A stretch of DNA of 64,000 nucleotides, taken from the NCBI GenBank assembly GCA_032117235.1, contig JAULZW010000003.1:2798-66797 (forward strand), given 5' to 3'. The stretch comes from Minisyncoccota bacterium (GTDB lineage: Bacteria; Patescibacteriota; Minisyncoccia; SW-4-49-11). Under the pieces are notes generated by a model. That model did not search any database, was not told the origin of the DNA, and saw only the letters and a list, made by a program, of their open reading frames with translations. The position numbers were made by a program, and so were the translations under genes. Of this stretch, positions 20,597-28,352 are shown in pieces. How positions within the stretch are numbered: the first letter of the stretch is position 1; each line of letters starts with the position of its first letter.

Positions 20597-21664
20597 CTAC
20601 ACATTAAACTTAAAATGACAGACATCGCCGTCTTGGATAATATATGACTTTCCCTCTTGTCTTAATTTGCCATTTTGTCTTGCTCCTGCATCTCCTCCAC
20701 AATCTACAAAATCCTGATAAGAAATTATATCCGCCATTATAAATCCTCGCTCTATATCTGAGTGAATTACTCCCCCAGCTTGAGGAGCCAAAGTTCCTCT
20801 CTCTACAGTCCAAGCTCGGGTTTCCTGAGGCCCCGTAGTCAAAAATGATATCAAATTAAGCAAATCGTATCCGGCCCTAATCAATACATCAAGCCCACTC
20901 ATTTCTCGCCCCAACATTGCTAAATATTCAGCTTGCTCTTCAGCCTCCATTAAACAAATTTCTGATTCAATTTTAATAGATAAAGGAATAATATTATCAA
21001 ATTTAGCTTGCAGTTCTGGGCTTAGAGTATAAGTCTCATCAGTATTAGCTACATACATCATTGGCTTAGCCGTGAGAAAATTATAGGATTTTATAAGTTC
21101 TAGCTCTTCTGAGTTTAGTTTAGCTTCTCTAATTGGAGTTCCAGCTTCTATTAAAGGTAAAACTTTTTGTAAAATTGGTAGAATTTCTAGAGCTAATTTG
21201 TCTTTAGATTTAGCTTTTTTTTCCACCTGAGGTAGGGCTTTTAGAATTTGGTCTAAATCAGCTAATAATAATTCAGTGTTGATAATATCCGCATCCTCAA
21301 TTGGGTTAATTCTATTTTCAACATGAGTAATATCATCATTATGAAAAGCTCTAATTACATGACAAATAGCATCTACTTGCCTAATATTAGCAAGAAAAGC
21401 ATTGCCTAAGCCTTCCCCTTTAGAAGCCCCTTTCACTAAACCCGCAATATCTATAAATTCTATAGTGGTTGGGATAACTTTAGCTGATTTAGAAATTTCA
21501 GCTAAAACTTTCAATCGTTTATCTGGTACTGCTACCACACCGACATTCGGCTCAATAGTACAAAAAGGATAATTCTCAGCCGAGACTTGCTTTTTGGTCA
21601 AAGTTTGAAATAAAGTAGATTTCCCTACATTAGGGAGCCCCACTATCCCAATAGATAAAGACAT
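20597..21664 (-). CDS. ychF: Redox-regulated ATPase YchF
   Basis: GIVGLPNVGKST, NYPFCTIEPN, DIAGLVKGASKGEGLGN. Confidence 0.97.
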   Translation of the reverse strand: MSLSIGIVGLPNVGKSTLFQTLTKKQVSAENYPFCTIEPNVGVVAVPDKRLKVLAEISKSAKVIPTTIEFIDIAGLVKGASKGEGLGNAFLANIRQVDAICHVIRAFHNDDITHVENRINPIEDADIINTELLLADLDQILKALPQVEKKAKSKDKLALEILPILQKVLPLIEAGTPIREAKLNSEELELIKSYNFLTAKPMMYVANTDETYTLSPELQAKFDNIIPLSIKIESEICLMEAEEQAEYLAMLGREMSGLDVLIRAGYDLLNLISFLTTGPQETRAWTVERGTLAPQAGGVIHSDIERGFIMADIISYQDFVDCGGDAGARQNGKLRQEGKSYIIQDGDVCHFKFNV

Positions 21665-21788
21665 ATTCTAATAAATTATATAATATTTAACTTTAATTAT
21701 ACCATAAAATTAGCAGTTTTACTAGATAGTACATAGGACAAAAATTATAAATTATGAGTTATGAATGATTAATTATGGGGAGGGTTAA

Positions 21789-21810
21789 GGCGACATAAGG
21801 TCGCCCCTAC
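21789..21810 (-). repeat. GTAG-type REP-like palindrome
   Basis: Minus strand GTAGGGGCGACCTTATGTCGCC. Confidence 0.5.
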
Positions 21811-21889
21811 GAAAAGCACAAAAACTTTACAAAAATATATAAATATGCTGTGTTTTGAGAGTCCCACAAGCCCTCGGAGGCTTTTTGTT

Positions 21890-22285
21890 ATGGCTCTTTC
21901 AAAAGCTAACCAAAAATTATTAGTAACTGGCAAAATAATTATAATGCCTATATTGGCTGCTTTAGTGTATTCATGTTTATTAGACTTTTATAATCTAAAA
22001 TCACCTTATATTCACCCTCAAGAGGCTAATTTAGTTAAATTATGTATAATAGCATTATTAATAGTGATAGGAAACATAATACTTCTTTTTAATGAGATGT
22101 CATTATTTTGGAGTATTATAGTGGTAGCAATTTTTATATTAGCTTTTACACCACTTTATTTTTATAGCATAAAGATTCTGTTAAGTGTCATATTATATTT
22201 TCTCTGCTTATATTCAATAGACATAATCATTTTTATGATGAGATTTCTCGAAAGGAGAATTCATCAAAATCACACCCCTCGCTGA
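21890..22285 (+). CDS. Hypothetical membrane protein (start probably MALSK at 21890)
   Basis: Four hydrophobic helices; followed by terminator. Confidence 0.55.
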   Translation: MALSKANQKLLVTGKIIIMPILAALVYSCLLDFYNLKSPYIHPQEANLVKLCIIALLIVIGNIILLFNEMSLFWSIIVVAIFILAFTPLYFYSIKILLSVILYFLCLYSIDIIIFMMRFLERRIHQNHTPR

Positions 22286-22303
22286 GCGAGGGTTTTTTCT
22301 TTT
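22277..22303 (+). terminator. Rho-independent terminator
   Basis: CCCTCGC-tga-GCGAGGG followed by T-run. Confidence 0.7.
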
Positions 22304-22322
22304 TGCATGGTTTTTACCAATT

Positions 22323-22817
22323 TTACAAATTTAAAGCTAATTTATACACTTTTAATATTTTACTATAATAAGAAGTATTTAATAATGCTTCTGGGTTTTT
22401 CTTCACTACACTAAAGACTTTACTTTTAGATGTTTTCTTGGGAAGTTTTAATGCTGACTTTAACTCATCCTCTAAATTTTTATCTTGCCAGACAATAAAA
22501 ATACCAGCTTCTTTTGCATCTAACTCTAAATTTTTTATATATAAATCATTGTTTAAGTCATTATTATTATATATTCTGTCAAGGTCGACAACACATAACA
22601 TAGCATCAAATTCTGTATTTTGTTTCCATTTTTTACACCCAACTAAGATTGTATGAGGATCCCCACCTTTACCTGAATTAAAATAAGATTGACAGTTATT
22701 TGTATGATATTTAAATTGACTTATTTCAACAAGATAGTCAATTATTTTGCTATCCTTTAATCCTTCCGTATAAACCCCTATTGTTTGTTTTTTACTTTTG
22801 GTATTAGGTTTGACCAT
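22323..22817 (-). CDS. RloB-like (Toprim-fold) protein
   Basis: VYTEG...GKGGDP...CVVDLD; directly downstream of an AAA ATPase. Confidence 0.6.
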   Translation of the reverse strand: MVKPNTKSKKQTIGVYTEGLKDSKIIDYLVEISQFKYHTNNCQSYFNSGKGGDPHTILVGCKKWKQNTEFDAMLCVVDLDRIYNNNDLNNDLYIKNLELDAKEAGIFIVWQDKNLEDELKSALKLPKKTSKSKVFSVVKKNPEALLNTSYYSKILKVYKLALNL

Positions 22818-22822
22818 ATAAG

Positions 22823-23995
22823 CTAAACTTTAATTTTTGGAAAACCTCCATATTTTCCAGACATATATTTTTTTACAAAATTTTCATCGGGACGAGAATT
22901 TTCAATATCTGATACCCTATAGACTTCACTTTCACCTTTATTATTCTTATCTACAATAAAAATTTGTTCACGATCTAATTTATTTAAGATATTGATTGAA
23001 TGGGTAGAAAAAATAAACTGACACATTATATTCTCACTCTCAGATAAAAAATAAGAGATTAGTTTTTCAACAGCCTCAGGATGTAATCCCATTTCTAATT
23101 CATCAATTACAACTAAACCCTTGTATTTCATCGCAAGAAATATTGGTCCTAATAGTTCATAAAGAGATTTAGTACCTCGAGATTCATACTTAAAATCAAG
23201 AGATTTGTTACCGTGAATACCTTTAATATCAAAACTTCCATTATCTTTCTTATCTATGTTAAAAGACTCTAAACCAATATCAAATTTAGATATAAATTCT
23301 TTCATTTCTTCAAAAACCTCAGGTATTTCGGTATATATCCAAGATGCTAGATAAATATTTTTATCATTGAGAGAACTTTCATTCATATTTACTTGCCATA
23401 ACAAACCACTGAACATATTTTTAATCTCTTCCATAATATCAATTTTGAATGAAATTTCACTAAAAAAAGCAATTACGGACACATTATTTTTTATATCAGG
23501 TAATTTTAACTCCAGAGCATTAATTTTATCAAAATATATTTCAGATAACTGTAATTTTCCATTACTATCTCTTTCAAAAATATTATGTAATCTTTTTCCC
23601 TTAGTTTTGACTTGCATTTTCTCCAATAATACTATATTTTTTTGAATTTTTAGAGTATAAAAAAATATTTTTTGATTTTTTTCTAATTCTAGCTTAATTT
23701 CACATATATTATCATTATTGAAAAAAGTTTTATAAGATAATGATGTTTCTTGAGAAATATTTTCCAGCTTATCTGTAGGTCTTTTTGTAATAAAGTCTTG
23801 TATAAATTTAAATAGACGAACTATATTAGTTTTACCAGAAGCATTTCCTCCAATAATTGTAGCAATTTTGCTAATTTGATACTTATCAACTTTTGACTGC
23901 ATATAATCAAAAGTATTTTTTTTGGAAGTTAAAAAAGACATTTCAAAAGAATCTTGAAAAGAGTAAAAATTTTTAAAAGAAATTTTACGAATCAT
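22823..23995 (-). CDS. AAA_21/RloA-like ABC ATPase
   Basis: FKNFYSF, GGNASGKTN, ESRGT, VIDELEMGLHP, IFSTH, C-terminal YMSGKYGGFP. Confidence 0.85.
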   Translation of the reverse strand: MIRKISFKNFYSFQDSFEMSFLTSKKNTFDYMQSKVDKYQISKIATIIGGNASGKTNIVRLFKFIQDFITKRPTDKLENISQETSLSYKTFFNNDNICEIKLELEKNQKIFFYTLKIQKNIVLLEKMQVKTKGKRLHNIFERDSNGKLQLSEIYFDKINALELKLPDIKNNVSVIAFFSEISFKIDIMEEIKNMFSGLLWQVNMNESSLNDKNIYLASWIYTEIPEVFEEMKEFISKFDIGLESFNIDKKDNGSFDIKGIHGNKSLDFKYESRGTKSLYELLGPIFLAMKYKGLVVIDELEMGLHPEAVEKLISYFLSESENIMCQFIFSTHSINILNKLDREQIFIVDKNNKGESEVYRVSDIENSRPDENFVKKYMSGKYGGFPKIKV

Positions 23996-24248
23996 AGATT
24001 ATAAATTTATTGTACATATATATTACAATACTTAATAACAAAAGTCAACTTAATACAAAAATCTGTATTAAAAACATTTTAACTTCAATACATAATGACT
24101 TTAAGAAAAGTAAAACAAAAACTCGAGACATTGCTCGAGCTTTCATAATAATCACCAGAGCTAGGCTCTGGATCGGTAGGTAACCCCAAAAGTAAGATAA
24201 TTATAGAATAGTTTAGTGATAGTGTCAATAGTTGATGGTGAGGTTTTA

Positions 24249-24289
24249 TCCTCCTCCGACCTTACGGCCACCTCCTCCAAAGGAGGACA
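24249..24289 (+). repeat. Double-hairpin repeat copy A (intergenic)
   Basis: TCCTCCTCCGACCTTACGGCCACCTCCTCCAAAGGAGGACA. Confidence 0.8.
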
Positions 24290-24438
24290 AGTAATTATCT
24301 TATATTCTATGCAAATCTTTAATTTATTGACTTTTTATCTCGTAATTTGTCTACGATCATCTAATCGAGTACATACTCTGTATTTTTATGGGATTACAAG
24401 GTATAATATAAGATATATAGAATAATAAATTATAATAT

Positions 24439-26208
24439 ATGCCAGGAATTAATTTTAGGTCAATTATATTATCAGTATTGGAGGCGGATGAGAGAATTTG
24501 GTTTCAAAATGAAGAGGGAGAGAAGGAATTAAATCAAACTTTGCTTTTGGATTTGGTAGAAAAGATTGATGATAAGATTATTAATTTATTATTACAAGAG
24601 GAGGCTTTGAGAGAGAAGTTTTTTGCTAAAATTAGTCCAGATACTACTGAGAAGCAGTCTACTTATGTCTTCAAGATGAATGACTTTAGATTCTTTATGG
24701 AGGAGAATAAAATAGATAATTCTTATACAGCTTATAAAAACAGAATAGGGCTGATAGATGGGAAGAAATTCCTCAAAGATAGTAATGATATAGTGCTAAA
24801 TTGGCCGTATAAAGATTGTATTTTGGAAGGTGGGCAAAGTAATGAGGAAGGCACGGATAATTATTTTGAATACTCCGAAAAGACAGAGCAGTACGAACAA
24901 AAACAAGCTAAAAGAAAAGAGATATTTTTTAATTCCGTTCTTGCTCCTGATGAAATTGATAGATTATTAGACCCCAAGGCCTTGGTGAATTGGAAAAGGT
25001 TTACAGATAATGGTGAAGTTTCTTTAACCCAAAAACACTCCACCCCGTCACCTACGGTGCCACCCCTCAAGAGGGGAATTGATGGTACTATTGCTGAGAA
25101 TATGATTATCAAAGGTAATAATCTACTAGCTATGCATAGTCTCAAGAAGCAATTTGCAGGTAAAGTGAAGCTTATCTATATTGACCCGCCTTATAATACT
25201 GGGAATGATGGGTTTAAGTATAATGATAATTTTAATCATTCCACTTGGCTGACTTTTATGAAAAATAGATTAGAAGTAGCAAGGGAATTGTTAAGAGAGG
25301 ATGGAAGTATTTGGATAAGTTTAGATGATAAAGAATTTGCTTATCTAAAAGTACTTTGTGATGATATTTTTGGGAAAAATAATTTTTTGAATGATGTCAT
25401 TTGGAACTCAACAAAATCAGTAACAAATACTGCAATCATATCTGTTTCACATACACATAATTTAGTTTACTTCAAAAACAAAGATTATTATGTAAAGAAC
25501 AGAACAGAATTTAGACTTGATGAAGATGGGGAAGGATTTTCTAATCCTGACAATGATCCTCGTGGAGTTTGGAAATCCGATCCTTTTCAAGTTGGAGGCT
25601 GGAGACCAAATCAACAATATGAAATAAAAAACCCAAATACTGGAGTCATTTATAAACCAAATGAAAATTGTAGTTGGAAAAATGATCTTAACAAATTTCA
25701 AGAATTATTAAAAGATAATAGAATTGTTTTTGGAGTGGATGGAAAAGCTGGTCCACAAAGAAAAAGGTTTTTATTTGAAGCAGAAGAAAGAGGTAAAGTT
25801 ACAAAAACAATATGGGATGATGTAGGAACAACTACTAATGGAACTCAGCACATAAAAAAGCTTTTCAATAAAGCTGTATTTGATAATCCCAAACCAGAAG
25901 AGTTTATAAAAAGAATTATTGAACTTTCAACAAATGAAAACGACATTGTCCTTGACTATCATCTCGGATCTGGCACAACTGCCGCCGTAGCTCATAAAAT
26001 GGGGCGGCAATATATTGGGATTGAGCAGATGGATTATGTGGAGACTATTGCGGTGGAGAGGCTCAAAAAAGTGATAGGACAATCCACCTCCCCCGCTAAA
26101 GCGGGTACTACTCAAAAGGAGAATTTTAGGAAATTAACAGCAAAAAAAAGGCAAAGTTTGCAAGATATTTTGGAGAAAATAAAAAATTCTAATAATAGTT
26201 TAGGGTAA
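24439..26208 (+). CDS. mod: Type III R-M methyltransferase Mod, N-terminal/catalytic part
   Basis: ENMIIKGNNL, IYIDPPYNTG, KPEEFIKRII, LDYHLGSGTT, YIGIEQMDY...ERLKKVIG. Confidence 0.9.
   Translation: MPGINFRSIILSVLEADERIWFQNEEGEKELNQTLLLDLVEKIDDKIINLLLQEEALREKFFAKISPDTTEKQSTYVFKMNDFRFFMEENKIDNSYTAYKNRIGLIDGKKFLKDSNDIVLNWPYKDCILEGGQSNEEGTDNYFEYSEKTEQYEQKQAKRKEIFFNSVLAPDEIDRLLDPKALVNWKRFTDNGEVSLTQKHSTPSPTVPPLKRGIDGTIAENMIIKGNNLLAMHSLKKQFAGKVKLIYIDPPYNTGNDGFKYNDNFNHSTWLTFMKNRLEVARELLREDGSIWISLDDKEFAYLKVLCDDIFGKNNFLNDVIWNSTKSVTNTAIISVSHTHNLVYFKNKDYYVKNRTEFRLDEDGEGFSNPDNDPRGVWKSDPFQVGGWRPNQQYEIKNPNTGVIYKPNENCSWKNDLNKFQELLKDNRIVFGVDGKAGPQRKRFLFEAEERGKVTKTIWDDVGTTTNGTQHIKKLFNKAVFDNPKPEEFIKRIIELSTNENDIVLDYHLGSGTTAAVAHKMGRQYIGIEQMDYVETIAVERLKKVIGQSTSPAKAGTTQKENFRKLTAKKRQSLQDILEKIKNSNNSLG
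25038..25080 (+). repeat. Double-hairpin repeat copy B (in-frame in mod)
   Basis: CTCCACCCCGTCACCTACGGTGCCACCCCTCAAGAGGGGAATT, read as STPSPTVPPLKRGI. Confidence 0.85.
26082..26125 (+). repeat. Double-hairpin repeat copy C (at the Mod split point)
   Basis: ATCCACCTCCCCCGCTAAAGCGGGTACTACTCAAAAGGAGAATT, read as STSPAKAGTTQKEN. Confidence 0.75.
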
Positions 26209-26212
26209 AGAT

Positions 26213-27193
26213 ATGACTAAAAAAAGTAAAATCCAATACAGCTTAATACCTTTTAATGGAGATGAAATAATGGCAATTACCAAAGATGGTAAAAAGTTTG
26301 TAGTACCAAAACAGATTTGTGAGAATTTAGGGTTGTCATGGAGTGGTCAATTTGAAAAAATTAAAAGAGACAGTGTCTTAAAGGACGCAATTCGTGTCAT
26401 ACCAATACCGCAAAAAAACCCTTCAGGATCAGGGTTTATAAATCAAGAAACTCTAGCTTTACCACTGGAATATCTCAATGGTTGGTTATTTGGAATTGAT
26501 GATACGAGAGTAAAAGAAGCAATTAGGCCAAAAATAATTGATTATAAAAAGCAATGTTATATTGTTTTATATGAATATTTTAATAAAGGTGCAAGTATTG
26601 ATGTCAATAGATTAGAGGAGGATATTGAATTACAAGACTATATTTACCGCAAAGTTCGCCAAGCTAGAACTAGTGAAAGGAGTTTATGGGAGAGAGTTAA
26701 AAAAGCCTTTGAATATGGGAGTAAAGATTATGATAAAGATTCTGAATTAGCCAAAAAGTTTTATGCTTTAGCTCAAGATAAAATTCATTATGCGGTTACC
26801 AAAAATATAGCTTCTGAACTTATATATAATAGAATAAAAACAGATCCAGCAACAAATTTTGGTATGATTGCATTTGACCAATATAGAAAAATTAAGTTAA
26901 AAGATTTACAAGTAGGTAAAAATTATTTGCAAGAATTAGAGTTAAAACAGTATGAAAATATTGGAGAACAGCTTTTACTTAAAATCGAATTAAGATTATT
27001 AAGAGGTGGTAAAATAACTATGGAAGAATGGTTTTTTGAAATAAATGATTTATTAAAACAAAATGGATATGAAATTTTATTTGATTATTCTAAATCCAAG
27101 ATAGATCGTCAAACTGCTAATAGTAAAGCTAAAGAAATATGGAAAGAAAATAAGCATTTACTCAAAGAAGATGTTAAAAAACTAACTAAATAA
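26213..27193 (+). CDS. P22 antirepressor N-terminal domain fused to RhuM-family domain
   Basis: PFNGDEI...ICENLGLSW...LNGWLFGI (P22_AR_N-like); RTSER...KDYD...FYALAQDKIHYA...KNYL (RhuM-like). Confidence 0.75.
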   Translation: MTKKSKIQYSLIPFNGDEIMAITKDGKKFVVPKQICENLGLSWSGQFEKIKRDSVLKDAIRVIPIPQKNPSGSGFINQETLALPLEYLNGWLFGIDDTRVKEAIRPKIIDYKKQCYIVLYEYFNKGASIDVNRLEEDIELQDYIYRKVRQARTSERSLWERVKKAFEYGSKDYDKDSELAKKFYALAQDKIHYAVTKNIASELIYNRIKTDPATNFGMIAFDQYRKIKLKDLQVGKNYLQELELKQYENIGEQLLLKIELRLLRGGKITMEEWFFEINDLLKQNGYEILFDYSKSKIDRQTANSKAKEIWKENKHLLKEDVKKLTK

Positions 27194-27202
27194 GATTAAT
27201 TT

Positions 27203-27712
27203 ATGAAGAATAATCATCTACAATTAAGCAAATTTGAAATTCAACTTTTGGAAAGTTTAGGTTTTGACCCAAATTCACAGAATCTACAAGAGGAAATACA
27301 GGAAATGTTGGAAACTAGCAAAGTTGCATCACAACAAGATTTTGATACTGGAGGTATTAGTAAAGCCGTAAATTGGCAAGGTGGTGGTGATTTTATCTAC
27401 TTTGAACTAGCAAAATGGAATGAAGTTGCCAAAGAGAGAATTTTAGAGGCTGAGAGTTTAGAGCAATTGATTGAGTTTTTTGATGAGATGTATGAGAGAT
27501 ATTTCCTTAACTATAATCTCAAAATTCAAGAGTTTAGAGATAAGATTATACAGGAGGAGAGTTTTCAGAATCTGCCTTTAGCGGAGCAAAAACAGATTTT
27601 TATAGCTATGCTGGATAATAATCAGATGTATGTGAATGCTTCTGAAATGTCAGATGCTAAATTTGGTATTAGTGAGGAGGAGCAGGCTTTGACTGAGGAG
27701 TTTTATAATTAA
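27203..27712 (+). CDS. mod: Type III Mod, C-terminal part
   Basis: DTGGISKAVNWQGGGDFIYFELAKWN...LDNNQMYVN...FY, the usual Mod C-terminal block. Confidence 0.85.
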   Translation: MKNNHLQLSKFEIQLLESLGFDPNSQNLQEEIQEMLETSKVASQQDFDTGGISKAVNWQGGGDFIYFELAKWNEVAKERILEAESLEQLIEFFDEMYERYFLNYNLKIQEFRDKIIQEESFQNLPLAEQKQIFIAMLDNNQMYVNASEMSDAKFGISEEEQALTEEFYN

Positions 27713-27728
27713 TTATAAATTGTGAATT

Positions 27729-28115
27729 ATGAATGATAAATTAAAAAAATCATCTAATCAAACAATAGAGTCTAGCTCAGGTATTAAGAAAAACTTAATA
27801 ACTTCTACTGGTGATAAAAAAGATAATTCAATTATTTTATTTAATCAAAAAGAAGTTCGCAGATACTGGGATGCGGATCAAGAGCAGTGGTACTTTTCGG
27901 TTGTGGATGTGATTGAAATTTTGACAGGCTCTAGTATTCCGAAAAGATATTGGAGTGACTTAAAAAATAAACTAAAAGAAGAAGGAAGTGAAGTGTACGA
28001 AAAAATCGTACGGTTGAAAATGAAAGCAGAAGATGGAACAGGGATTAATAATCTTATGTTTAAACTACAACATTATCCTTTTAACTGTCCTCCCTTGGGG
28101 GAGGTGGCACCGTAG
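27729..28115 (+). pseudogene. Truncated Bro-N domain protein
   Basis: LFNQKEVRRYWD...WYFSVVDVIEILT...RYWSDLK...LKMKAEDG; similarity then ends and the ORF runs into repeat D. Confidence 0.65.
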
Positions 28116-28130
28116 GTGACGGAGGAGGAC
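28086..28130 (-). repeat. Double-hairpin repeat copy D
   Basis: Minus strand GTCCTCCTCCGTCACCTACGGTGCCACCTCCCCCAAGGGAGGACA. Confidence 0.85.
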
Positions 28131-28188
28131 TATACATATTTTTAAATTTATCATCTATACTCCTAGTTAATAATTCTCATTTGCAAAT

Positions 28189-28229
28189 GTCCTCCCTCCC
28201 CCTACGGGGACTCCCTCCAAAGGGAGACA
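28189..28229 (+). repeat. Double-hairpin repeat copy E
   Basis: GTCCTCCCTCCCCCTACGGGGACTCCCTCCAAAGGGAGACA. Confidence 0.8.
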
Positions 28230-28352
28230 TCATTCTCTTAACCTAATTAAAAGAGTATAAAACATTATAGACACTACAAGAATATAATATTATAATAGTA
28301 ATAAAATCAAGGTTTAATCTATTATTTCTACAATTCACAATTAATATAAACT

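Noticed and set aside
26142-26149. A8 tract in the Mod tail as a phase-variation switch fusing Mod to the passenger
   Set aside because: The passenger frame has TAG at 26201-26203 upstream of its ATG, so slippage cannot fuse them; A8 is common in this DNA
26080-27345. Split intein, group I/II intron or IS as the explanation for the Mod interruption
   Set aside because: No intein terminal motifs, no RT, homing endonuclease or transposase ORF, and no evident structured intron core
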